Assembly (NCBI GenBank): GCA_043228905.1
Contig: JBHGNT010000021.1
Coordinates: forward strand, 10,850,001-10,914,000
DNA length: 64,000 bases
Reading direction: 5' to 3'
From: Azolla caroliniana
Taxonomy: Eukaryota; Plantae; Polypodiophyta
Shown: positions 22,393 through 34,167 of the stretch, in pieces
Layout: each line of letters begins with the position of its first letter
Position numbering within the stretch: position 1 is the first letter of the stretch
Made by a program: the position numbers and the translations under genes
Notes under the pieces: generated by a model
Database searches by the model: none
What the model was told of the DNA's origin: nothing
The model's input: the letters and a program-made list of their open reading frames with translations, nothing else

Positions 22393-25300
22393 TCATTTGC
22401 TGGTCCCCCCCGCTTTGTTCGGGTCGGTTCGGGTCGGTTCGTGTCGGTTTTCCGGGATGGTCCTCGTCAGTATCGGTGTCGGTTCTTCCTCGGTCCGAAT
22501 GTCTTCAGCAGCGTCTGTCGGTGTCGGTTCTTCCTCGGTCCGGATTTCCGGGTTTCGCTTGAACGGGTTGGCTGGCATATTTCCTTTATACGGCTTTAGC
22601 CGAAATCCGTTTGCCCACTTGCCGATGACAACTCTAGACAACGTGCCGAGCTGATATGACCCATTGTACTCCTCGGTGATCCAGAACGGTCCGGTCCATC
22701 GAAACCGCAACTTTCCCGGCATGTTCCCCATCCTTGTCTGGAATAGTAGCACCGGTTTCCCGACTTCGAACTCCTTTTCATTGCCACGCCGGTGTCGGTC
22801 CACGAAGGCTTTTCTCCTCCTTTGCTCCAGTTCGAGTTGTAGTAAGCTGGCTATTCGGTTTTCCTCTAATTCCAACAGCGTTGCCAGTCGGATTCGTTCG
22901 GACTCGTTCTCACTTAAGCGCTCCTTTACCTAAATCCGTAAGCTGGGGATCTGGAACTCTACCGGCATGACCGCTTCTAACCCGAATGCTAGTTGGAACG
23001 GGGTTGTCCGGATGCTGGTTTTGTACGTTGTTCGGTACGCCCATAGCGCGCTTTGCAATTTCGTATCCCAGTCGGTCCGGTTCTCGTTGACGATTTTTCG
23101 TAGGATGTTCTGCAGAGTTTTGTTCGTTGATTCCGCTAGTCCATTGGCTTGAGGGTAGTAGGGTGTACTCTTTTTATGTACCACCGCGTAAAATGACGTC
23201 AGGCTTTCTACTACCTGCCCGAGAAAATGCCCTCCTTGGTCACTTATAAGCTCGATCGGGCAACCATACCGGCACCATATGCACTCGTACAGGAACTTTG
23301 CCGTGGACGCGGCCGTGTTGTCCTGTAAGGCCTTTGCTTCTACCCATTTGGTGCAATAGTCGGTTGCCACTATGACATACCGATTTCCGGTTCGCATTGC
23401 CGGTGGCTTGAAGGGACCGACAAAGTCCAAACCCCACTTTTGAAACGGTTCCAAGGGCAAGACCGGGTGGTGTGGCATCCGGGCCTGCTCTGTGGGTTGG
23501 CCCAGTCGTTGACACAAATCGCATTCTCTGCTATACTTCACGACATCTTTTAGGGTGGTCGGCCACCACAGTCCGCTCTGCCATATTTTCCGAGCGGTTG
23601 CGTCGCCGGCATAATGCCCGCCGGCAATTCCACAGTGGGCTTCCCTGAGGATTAGATCCTTCTCATCGCTCCGCACTGCTCGCCTCCAGATGCCATCTGC
23701 CCCCTTGTGATAGAGGGTGTCTCCAACCAAGCAGAAATGTCTACTTCTTACTGCTACCCTTTTCCTTTCATCGCGGTCCATGTTGTCCGGGGGAACTCCG
23801 GTGCTCAGGAACTGGTGCATCTCAGTTAGCCATGTGTCTTCGTCGGCTACCGTTGTATCCGTTGCCGGTTTCGTCGTGATCCGGAACAATTCGGCGTCGG
23901 GAAACTCATCCTGGATGCCGTCCCCTGCTTCTCCGGATTCAAGTTTGCTTAGATAGTCCGCTACCGCATGCTACGCCCCGGGTCGGTGGAAAATGTCGAA
24001 TTCAAATTCCTGTAGTAGCAGTGTCCACCGTGCAATTTTTCCCGTCAGGGATGCCTTCGAGACCAGGTAGAGTAGTGCCGAATGGTCGACATGGAAGGAA
24101 AACTTCCTTCCGAGCAGATAGTGCCTGTACTTTGTGACACTATACACCATTCCCAATGCCTCGCGTTCCGTCGTAGAGTAATTCCGTTCGGCTTTTGAGA
24201 GTTTCCGGCTTGCGTAGTACACTGGTCGGTACCATTTTGGCTCTGTGAGTTGCATCAGAACGTTGCCGATTGCTACGTCCGACGCGTCGACGAAGACGTG
24301 AAAGCTTTTACTCCAATCCGGCGGTTGCACCACCGGAGCTTGCGACAACATGACCTTCAACGCTTTGTAGGCTTCCTCCTCCGTCTCTGCCCATAGGAAG
24401 GGTACCCTATGTATGGCGGTATGTAACGGTGTAGCGAAGTCCGCGAGGTGCCGTATCATCCGGCTATGCCACCTTATTTGGCCCAGGAACCGGCTTAAAG
24501 CCTTTGCGTTACTTGGTGCTGGTGCATCGAGAATCGCCTTGACTTTATCCGGATCTACCACGATTCCTTCCTTACTCACCACGTGCCCTAGCAAGTTGCC
24601 GCTTGCCACTCCAAAGACGCACTTGGCCGGATTCAGGCTCAATCGGTACTCGCGGCACTTCTCCAAGCACAGCCGGAGGTGATCGAGATGCTCTCCGTGC
24701 CGGCTGTAGACCGCGAAATCGTCAAGGAAGACTTGCATAAAACCGGGGATATATTCCCCGAAAATTTCCATTATTATCCTTTGAAAGGTCGCTGGAGCCG
24801 TCTTTAGTCCGAACATCATCACGACCGCGACGAACACTCCCCATTCCGTCACGAACGCTGTCTTCTCTTGGTCGGCCGGGTTCATTCGTATTTGGTTGTA
24901 GCCGCTAAATCCATCCAGGAAGCTGTAAACTTCGTGCCCGGCTACCGCATCTAACACCCCGTCCGTAAATGGTAGTGGAAACGCATCGGTCACTGTCGCG
25001 GCATTTAGTTTTCGGTAGTCCACGCATACCCGGATTTTTCCGTTCTTTTTCGGGACCACCACTATCGAACTTAGCCAAGTTGCCTGCTTGACCAGTCGGA
25101 TAAATCCGACCCGGAGGAGCTTATCAATTTCCTCCTTCACCTTTGCCGCATAATTCGGATTCATCCGGTACCTGCGTTGAGCAATCGGTTTCGCGTCCGT
25201 ACTTATGTGAATTTGGTGCTGATAGAGCTGGGGGTCCAGCCCTCGCATGTCTTCGTACGACCACGCGAACACATCCTTGAAGTCTGTTAACAATGCTACC

Positions 25301-28300
25301 ATTGCCTTCTTTTCTTCCTTCGGCAATTCCTTTGCAACATTTACTGGTCGGGGCTTGTCTTCTGTGCCGAGGTCCACCTCCTCGAGTTGGGATGCTTTTA
25401 CCCTCTGGGATATCGTCATTTCCCTCTCTAGGGATTCCTGCGCTTGTCGTAGTTCCCGTATCGCCGCTTGGTCCGGTTCTTCCGGCGTCGTAATGTACGG
25501 TTCTACTGCCGCCGTAATATCCACCTCAAATAGTGGGACGATTCGTGGGTGTTCCTCTAGGTACCGCTCGACTTCCTCGTCCGGTAATCCCTCCAACATG
25601 TTAATGCTTTCCGCATATAATGGAGTTGCTTCCTTACTGGTGATCACCCGTGGTTGCGTCGTTACTCGTACCTTTGTTTTCCCTCGCCGGAATGTGATCA
25701 TGTTCTTTTGCCAGTTCTGCTTGATATGCGCCGTTCGCAGCCATGGTCGTCCTAGCAGTAGGGGGTACGCGCCTTGTACATTTAGCTGCAGCACCACGGC
25801 CGATATCCGGAATACGTGGCCTCCGATCGTGATTTCCAAATCCCGGATAAGCCCGATCGGTCGGACTGAGCTAGTATCCGCCATGCGTAACCAGAAGGGG
25901 CATGGTTCCCATTCCCGGATGCCCAGGTCGTTGCATGTCTGTTGGCTGATGACATTTACCCCGGAGCCTCCGTCAATAATCGTTCCAGCAATTTCCTTTC
26001 CTTTGACGATTGTTGTGATTGCCGGGCTACTTGTATCGACCACCGTCGGTCCTTCCTCCGGGTTGGAGAAGAATGCCGGTGCTGGCGTCGGCTTCGGTTT
26101 GCTGACGGATGCCTGTAGGTCTGCCGTAAATCGTGGCACTAACTGTAGTAGTCGTGCTAACGGCAGCACGATTTGACAGTCCTGTAGCGCTTGCCACGTC
26201 GGGTTCTCGCCTGGCTGTATGATTTCTTCGTCTTTTGGCATATTTTGGTCTCTTACTTCTGCCGCATTCTGTTCATTGGCCTCCTTGATCCATTGTGTCG
26301 CTTGTTTTCTGATTGCCTCCTGGGCCTCCCACTCGGCGGTCTTTCCCTTTGACCGGGTTGTGACCTGCTGTACTTCTGTTATTTCGGCTGTAACCATGTT
26401 GACTTCCGGCTGCTTGTCATAGCTTTTGCTTGGGCATTGGTTACTATAGTGGCCTTCCTTGCGGCAGTAATAACAGTACACCTTGTGACTGTTGCTCGTT
26501 TCTCCTTTGTCCCCGGTTTGGAGGGTGGGTATGCTCCGGTGGTCGTCTTCGGTTTTTCAGTTATCCCGTACGGATACCGGGTTGTCATTCCTTGCTGCCT
26601 CCCGACGTTCCTCTCTTCGGAAAAATCCACGCTTCTGATTCCGTCGGAAATTTCGGTTCCCTTGTCGCCTCTCTTCTCCGCGTCGGTCGTATTCCGGGGC
26701 TCCGTCTCGGTCGTACCGGTCCCGGGGGTAGCTTTCTTTGCGTCTCTCCTCTCGGTCATAGTTGTCGCGTCTTCTATCAGCGTATCCTTGTCGCCTCTCT
26801 TCTCCGCGTCTGTCGTCTTCTGGGGATTCGTCTCTGTCATACCGGTCCCGGGGGTAGCTATCTCTGCGTCTCTCCTCTCGGTCATAGTTGTCGCGTCTTC
26901 TATCAGCGTATCTATTACCGCGTTCGCGTTGGTAGCGGTCGTCTCTCCGGAATCGATCCTCGTCCGGGTTTTGATTGCGCGGTTCTATGTGTCGAACCGG
27001 TGCTGCCTGCCGATTTAACAGGTTGTATTCGCATCGGTCCGTTGTATGGGCTCGAGAGTTGCAGATCACACATTGTGTCCGTAGGGTGCAGTCTACTGTT
27101 GAGTGCCCCGAATTTAGGCATGTTGTACATTGTAAGGCCTGTCGGAACCTCAGGTCTTCCTCTTTTGGGAGTGCCCGGTGTAACATCCCCATCGACAAGA
27201 AGGGGCTAGTCTTGTCCATTTCTAAAACCCGATCAATAACTTGGTCCATTGTGCTGGTTTGGAAATCAAGGACTCCGCACATTGTTCGAAGTGGCTCTTT
27301 CAGTGCGGACAGAAAGACTGCTTTGGCTTCGTCTTCGGGTGGTGCTCTTGTCAGTTGGCTATGCAGGGTCTGGAACCGAATGATGAATTGTGGCATAGTC
27401 TCGTTTTCTTCCTGCCGGGTGGTGTAGAACTGCCCGACCAATTCCCTTTGCTCAAATTGTCTGTGAAAAAACCTGAGGAATCTGGCCTTCCAGGCATTGA
27501 ATGTGGCAAAGGTGCCTGGTAAGTGCTTTGCATGCCATTGGGCCGCCGGTCCTTCTAAGGTTATGCCGAATTCGGCGATTTTGGATCGTTCGGCTTCGGG
27601 CTCCGTCAGTCTTTGGGAGATATGGTTGGCTTCCCATGTTTGGAGGAATGCGTACACGTGTGCCTCCGCGTCGGCCTCATCCCGGTACTTTGGGTATGGG
27701 TACGGCATCGTGTCGTCCAACTGGCTCTCTTGTTCCCTATCCGCTGTTGGCGTTGGTGTGCGAACCTTTGGTTCCTCCGCGGGTGTTGCCGGTGTCCGGT
27801 CCGTTGGTTCCTCTGCGGGTGTTGTCGGTATCCGCTCCTTCGGTTCCCTCGCGGTTGTTGTCGGTATCCGGTCAGCCTTCCTCGGCGGTTGCCGGTCACC
27901 GAATTCCAGGGTTATTTCTTCCTCTGGCGCCGGTGTTACTGAGTCTTCCGACCCCTCGTCCTCCCGGTCGTTTGGTGTGTCGTGGCTGCTTTTATACCGG
28001 GATGCAACGCTTCCGTCGCTTTCCGACTCCGCCTCAAGTGTTGCGAATGCTTCCGAGTCCCCGTCGCCCGCGGCGAGCGTCTGCAGTATCGTTTCCGCCT
28101 CTTGCAGGCTTGTTATGCTACTGCCTTCGTCGGGGATTTGCAGAACCCGGAACTGTAGTGCTTCTTCTGCGACTCTCCGAAGAGTTTTGGAGAATGACCG
28201 ATCCCGCCGGATCTCGTCGACGGCTTGCTGCAGGGCTTCCCGTCGTTGCTCGCGTTCGGTGTATCGTCTCCCTCGTTCGGTGATGTGGTCGTCGTTTGGT

Positions 28301-28308
28301 CTAGACAT
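22393..28308 (-). pseudogene. gag-pol: Element C gag-pol with premature stops (26557, 23971, 22930) and a frameshift near 26481
   Basis: Same domain motifs as B (IIDGGSGVN, FLDD, VDAS, WGLDFVGP). Confidence 0.95.
26660..26911 (-). repeat. 126-bp in-frame tandem duplication in the R/D/Y-rich gag segment of C
   Basis: YADRRRDNYDREERR..DRRGEERRQG, 42 aa, twice. Confidence 0.9.
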
Positions 28309-28335
28309 CCATCCCCCGGTTGTCCTCTGCACTTT

Positions 28336-28354
28336 GCAGGAATCGTGGTCGCCA
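28336..28354 (-). promoter_or_regulatory. Element C primer-binding site
   Basis: TGGCGACCACGATTCCTGC, 6 nt from the LTR; identical to B. Confidence 0.8.
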
Positions 28355-28360
28355 AAATAG

Positions 28361-28740
28361 TGTTGTCTGTCTGGCCGGACTAGCCTCAACACAGGTGTCT
28401 ACCCGACACTTCTCCAAAGGGGTGGTAAGGATTGGATGCTAGGTTACACGCATAAGATAATTATAATTAAGCACGGACGGCAAACAATACGAGATACAGA
28501 TAAATACACAATGATTACTATTGTATTACTTCCGTCGAAACACTTTACAAATCATCGGATCCTTTTATAGGCATCCGGCAAGGTTACAATCGGTGCGCTT
28601 AGGCAACCGACATCCGAATTGGTTCGGATCCGGATCGGTACAACTGTACCGAATCCGTCCCTCCGAATAATAATTCTACTATTACTTCCTATTATCCGAT
28701 CCACCTTCCCACTTGTCCTTGCTCTTCTGACCGGCCAACA
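28361..28740 (-). repeat. Element C 5' LTR
   Basis: Matches 18690-19069. Confidence 0.97.
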
Positions 28741-30835
28741 ATAGGCAACATTAATAGAAGCATTTAGTAAACAACAAAATATTTAAAACCAAATAGATAA
28801 AAAATTGAATTACCACAGTCATCTCCAAGAAGTGTCTTGGGTGAATCTGGTACCTACCCCGACTTATACGTTGTCTACATACATCTTTTTTATTTGGTGA
28901 GACACGTGTGTTTTTTGCCCAAAAGGAACCCACTTCCTCAATAATCTCATGAGACAATGCATCACATCGTCGTCTACGGCCTAACCCCAACCACTTAAAT
29001 TGATTTGATTGTATATTTGTCCGATGCTTGCTCAAGTTCCTTCTTTGGATACCAAGTGCTAAGGCAACTTTAGTATCACTATATTTTTCTTTAGTTGTAC
29101 CATTTACAACCATGTGAAGGGCTGCTCTCTTTGCACCAATCTTATCTATGCTCTCTACCTCTTTCACTAAGTGTAGGGATGACTTCATACACTCTACAAT
29201 TTCCTCTGAAACACATTGGTCCCTAAACTTAATATTCTCCATGTCTTCATTCAAAAGTTAATGGTACAACACACTAGAGATAATATCCCTACGATCCTCC
29301 AAGCTAAATCTCTCAATTTCTTCTAGTAAATAACGGACTATGTGAAGAACCAACCGTCTCTTGCTCCTCTCAGACATAGATTTGCTAAGGGACACCTTGC
29401 TCTCCTCATCGACGACCATTGTCACTCTCATATATTCTAGCACCTAATTTCTTGTTATTTCAGCACCTAATTTCTTGTTATTTCAGCACCTAATTAATCA
29501 GAATAAGTGCTTAATACATCATAAAATAAACATAGTTAATACCCCATAGCATAAACATCAACCGGAAATCGGATAAACATTTGAGAGTTGCCACAGTCAT
29601 ATATTCCTTTTCCAAAACAATTAACTTTTAAGAAATAATTGCATCAATTAACTTGTTGTTTGGAATCATAAGTTTTATGACTCACAAGATGATGAGATGC
29701 ATGGATACTATTTACATCATGAAGTATTCTTAACTAGAGTTTAAGACTAAGATAAGTATAACATAACTCATGTTATGCATGAGTTCATAACACAAACACC
29801 ATTCATTTGCTTTTTCCATCAAAAACGTCCTCATCAATGAAATTCAAATCTGCTGATTCTTCAAACCGTTTATCAAGCCTTATTAACAGATTGGTATTCA
29901 TGTTAAACATTTCAACCCATATAAAACCTTAACATGGATCAATTTAAGACTCCCCTGAAGATTACCAGAACATACAAAACAAATTTATGTTTAGCGTTTT
30001 CCATGGTGAATAACTTATGTCAACTCAAACTGTATATGTTGCTGCTCTTGGTTGGTCATTTTACAAGCCCAACCTGGATGTTGCTAATCCATTATATCAT
30101 TAAAACATCCACAATGATCAGTAAAATGACCAGAAGCACTTGGTTGAAACCATTGGTCAGAACATTGTAGACTCCAAATATGCAGGTTCTAACCACTTGG
30201 CTGGTGTAAATATTTCAAATTCATGTTATCATGTCATGTTTACATTATTTTAAGATTCCTATTCAACATTAATCTTCATACGTGCCAATTTAAGATTGCT
30301 AGAGTATACATTCAATTAATAGTATTGTATAGAAATAATCACTTTATAGAAATAGGCGTAGACATACCGAGTGAAAGAGAAGATGGAGAAGACATACCGA
30401 TGGAAGGAGAAGATGGGGAAGACGAGTGACGCAGAGAACAAAAAATCGGGTTTCGAGTGTGTTGTGAAGACCTGAGTTGGAAGGCGGAAGACTAGAGAGC
30501 GATGTGAAGACCTGAGTTGGAAGGCGGACGACTAGAGTGCGCTGTGAAGACATGCGTTGTCTCAGTTGGAAGGTGGAAGAGGAGAAGCGCCAAAAGGATT
30601 TAATGTGGCATCCTAAATTAAACGTGAGGGGGAAATAGCCCCAAAAACAGTCCTCAATACGCAACAACTGCCCCCCCACCCATTCCCTGACTTTAATGCA
30701 ACGTACACCACTCCCTAAAAAGATTTTAATTATTTTCGATTTTTTTAAAATCACTCAGTACTAACAGTACTCGTGTTTTTTTTGGCCAAAAACAGTACTT
30801 TTTTGGTACATCGTAGCATGCTTCAACCTCGTAAA

Positions 30836-31221
30836 TGAACGTGGAGGCCATGCACAACTAAAGTAAATTTTATAAGGACTAAAGTAAAGGGCATGTGGAT
30901 GCATGCAATGGAGCTGAAGATGCAAACTGGAGTTCCTCATGCAAGTGTATCTTCGTGTGGTAACGGAGAATCTAAAGCGAAGTGTGAGAAGGGAGGAGAA
31001 AAGCGTTCGGATGGACAAGACTGGAACGGACAAACAAATTGGATCGGATGGTGCACAAGCCATAACTGAACGTGGAGGCCATGCACAACTAAAGTAAACT
31101 TTATGAGGGATTAAAGTAAAGGTCATGTGGATGCATGCAATGGAACTGGAGAGGCAAACTGGAGTTCCTCATGCAAGTGTATCTTCGTGTGGTAACGGAG
31201 AATCCGAAGCGAAGGGCGAGA
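30836..31221. repeat. Two ~150-bp direct repeats at 231-bp spacing
   Basis: TGAACGTGGAGGCCATGCACAACTAAAGTAAA...GGTAACGGAGAATC at 30836 and 31067. Confidence 0.9.
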
Positions 31222-31231
31222 CGGGGGGGGA

Positions 31232-31650
31232 AAAGCTATCTCTCGATAATCTATAGATCCTAATGGTCCTTAGGGGGATCGAAGCCATCTTCTCAAAAAA
31301 AAACCTAATTTTATTATGGAAGCCATCTTTTGGAAAAAAAATCTCTCTTAGGGATGAAATCCATCTCTCGCATAAACTCTAATTTTCCTTACGGAAGCTA
31401 TCTCTCACATGAATCCTAATTTTCTTATCGAATCCATCTCTCACATGAATCCTAGTTTTCTTATCGGATCTATCCCTCGAGGAAACCCTAACCCTAGTTT
31501 TCTGAAGCCATCTTTCGAATAAACCCTACTTGTTTTTGATTGAAGCCAAAAACCCTAATTTCCTTATTGAAGCCACAACACTCAAGAACCCTAGTTTTAT
31601 GAAGCCATCTTTCGAATAAACCCTAATTGTTCCTTATCGAAGCCATATCT
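31232..31650 (+). repeat. ~36-39-bp tandem array with telo-box (AAACCCTA) motifs
   Basis: About 11-12 units resembling GAAGCCATCTTTCGAATAAACCCTAATTGTTCCTTATC. Confidence 0.85.
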
Positions 31651-31879
31651 CCGTTTCTTCTAATCTATTATTACTCTATTAATCTCTGTAAGCTAGAAGT
31701 TTTGGAATCCCAATCTCGAGATACATTGCAATATTTCTTTTTCTTTGCTAATGAAAATTACTAAATTTTCTCATTTCCGTTAATTTGTAGAATGTAAATG
31801 CATGAATTTGATATCCTCTGGTCGGAGGCCCCGGGGTCTTGCCTCAAGTTCACGTGTATTTGTTGTTTTTTTCGCGACA
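31232..31879 (+). mobile_element. Element J: 3' part of a truncated LTR related to element E (5' limit uncertain, possibly ~30831)
   Basis: Ends TTCGCGACA exactly where A pol resumes (GCG GAC TAC = ADY). The last ~70 bp (ATCCTCTGGTC..CCCCGG..GCCTCA..CGACA) align with the reverse complement of 39339-39410. Confidence 0.65.
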
Positions 31880-33366
31880 GCGGACTACTTGAGCCGGCTG
31901 GAATCCGGAGAGGCAGGTGGCGGAGTCCGGAATGACTTCTCGGACGTTGTGAGCTATTCAAAGTCACCGCGTAAATGATAGTGGATGAGAGAGTGGGAGA
32001 CGAGGATAAATGGCTCATGGACATGTATCAGTTCCTGAGTATCGGACTACCTCTGGAAGAGTTGAGCCGGGATGAACAAAAATAGTTGGCAGTTCAAAGT
32101 CACCATTTTTGTTGAATATAGGATACATTGTATCAGAAGGGAGCGAACGGAATCTAGTGGCGCACGGTAAGGAGTGATGAGAAGGAAGCGATTTTATGAG
32201 AGACCCATTGTGGCGTTGCCGGAGGCCACAATGCTGGAGATGCCACCGCCCGGAAGATTTGGAGAAGTGGGCTATGGTGGCTGACAACCCTGAAAGACTC
32301 GATCCGGTATTTGTAAAGAATGTGATCTTTGCCAAAGGATGGGTCAACTTAAGAACAAGCGTGGATGCCCCATCAACCCGTATTGCCACTAAAACCTTTT
32401 CAGAAATGGGGATTGGACTTCGTGGGGCCATTCAAACTGCCGGCAATGCGAACAAGAAACAGGTACATCATTGTCACGACCGACTATTGCACAAAATGGG
32501 TAGAAGTGAAAGCGCTCAGGGATAACACCGCGGCATCAATGACGAAATTTTTATACGAATACATATGGTGTCAGTACGGATGCCCGATTGAGCGGATCAA
32601 CGACCAAGGTGGTCATTTCCTAGGGCAAGTATTGGAAAGCTTGACGACATTCTACGCGGTAGTGCATAACACGCCTTACTATCCGTAGGCGAATGGATTG
32701 GCGGAGTTCACAAATAAAACTCTCCAAAATATTCTTTGGAAGATCGTCAATGAGAACCGAATAGACTTGGACACAAAACTACACATCGCGTTATGGGCAT
32801 ACCAAACGGCGTACAAAACAAGTATCCGGACGACACCGTTCCGATTGGCATTCGGATTGGAGGCAATTATGCCTATGGAGTTCCAAATTCCCAGCTTACT
32901 AATACATGTTAGGGAACAGTTAAGCGAGAAGGAATAGGAAAAGATCCGGTTAGCAACATTGTGCCAACGAGAAGAACATCGGATAGCCAGTGTGTTGCAG
33001 TTGGAGCTCGAACAACATAGGAGAAAAGCTTTTGTGGAGCGGCACATACGATGAAATGAGAAGGAATTCGGCATCGGCAAGCCAGTGCTAGTATTCCAGA
33101 CCCAGATGGGCATGATGCCGGGGAAGCTGCGGTTCCGGTGGAGCAAGCCGTTTTGGATTACGAGGAAATTCAATGGATTGTACGAACTAGTCATGCTAGC
33201 CAATGAAGTATCGGACAAGGGGGTGAATGGTTTCCGATTAAAACCATACTAAGGACGAAATGCCGAGGAACTCGTTGAAGCAACCGGAGACCGACACAGA
33301 AGAGGTAATCGGGGGGAGCCTACGCTGACAATGGAGCCCGTACCTTCAGGTACAATGGACAAGTAG
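31880..33366 (+). pseudogene. pol: Element A integrase region (decayed)
   Basis: ADYLSRLESGE.., KWGLDFVGPFK, TNKTLQNILWKIVNENR. Confidence 0.9.
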
Positions 33367-34167
33367 TACATTAGGCCGTACATTAAAAAAAAACCATCAT
33401 GTAGAGACAAGGAAAAGATACTATTCAATACGATGAATGGTCACCACGAAAAGCGTGACATCAGCCATTTAAAGCGCACCATGCGGCGTACTCATACTAT
33501 TATGGTACACGATGTACATGCATGGGAATCAAGAAAAGGCAGTTGGAATAATGGGGGCACAAAACTTCCGGAGGATAGAGAGCCTGTCATTTCGCGAAAG
33601 AAGGCTTTTGAGAATGCATCAGAGCACATAGGCTTCCGGAAAAGCACAGGCAATAAACCAAGCCCAAGCACATCACCACAACAATGCAGTCGAAGAAGAA
33701 GACACAAAACCTATGGCACTCTCGACCGTGATAAGGGACTGGCTCACCAAACACGGATTGGAAGGCTTCCTTCGAGTGGCAGACGCGCCACCGCATGAAG
33801 AACTAGAGAAGTTCACGTTAAAAATCGACCTTGAAGAAATCAGCAAAGGCATAGTGCTCATCGGATTTCCTGCCGGAGGGCTGCACTCCATGGAGAAACC
33901 CTCCACCGTAATCCTGACAAAGTTCTTCGGGGAGTACTCCATCGCAAGCAAGGCATACAAAACACAAGGCGGGGAGGATCCCCTATTTCAAGAGGTGGCC
34001 TGTGTTTTATTACAATATGGTTTTGTGCACCCTTGCCCACCGGCCATGCCAAAGAACAGAGCCGGTTTTATCATCGCCACATTCGAATTCCTCAAGGTGG
34101 ATTGGCCGGTAATTATAGCAGACTCTCTACGAGCATGCATCACATCTGTAGTGGACGAGAAGAAGGT

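Larger units (their letters stand above)
18690..28740 (-). mobile_element. Element C: young full-length Ty3/gypsy of the same lineage as B, with a different LTR subfamily
   Basis: 380-bp LTRs with 4 differences by eye; TSD ATAGG at 18685-18689 and 28741-28745. Confidence 0.98.
15893..29443 (-). pseudogene. Intron-containing DDD/E DNA transposase pseudogene (DFAENY type, probably Sola2-like), interrupted by element C
   Basis: Exons ~29443-28814, 18668-17719 and 16755-15893. Motifs TRVSPNKKD, ELFMNFKDQHP..FQGLKP..CCCVHH, IDFAENY..EVQSMHW, WV*PDGVASQFK, KGEHDGAG, SCFCSMC. GT-AG junctions are in frame. Several stops, a frameshift at ~18405 and a short deletion before KGEHDG. The 5' end is uncertain. 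Confidence 0.8.

Noticed and set aside
25247-28360. Long plus-strand ORFs (309, 287, 260, 259 aa) opposite C gag-pol, and similar antisense ORFs opposite B
   Set aside because: Shadow frames of GC-rich coding sequence; no recognisable motifs
29500-30600. Additional upstream transposase exons
   Set aside because: No convincing open frame or splice pairs could be established by eye; short 30- and 41-bp repeats there look like leader-region slippage
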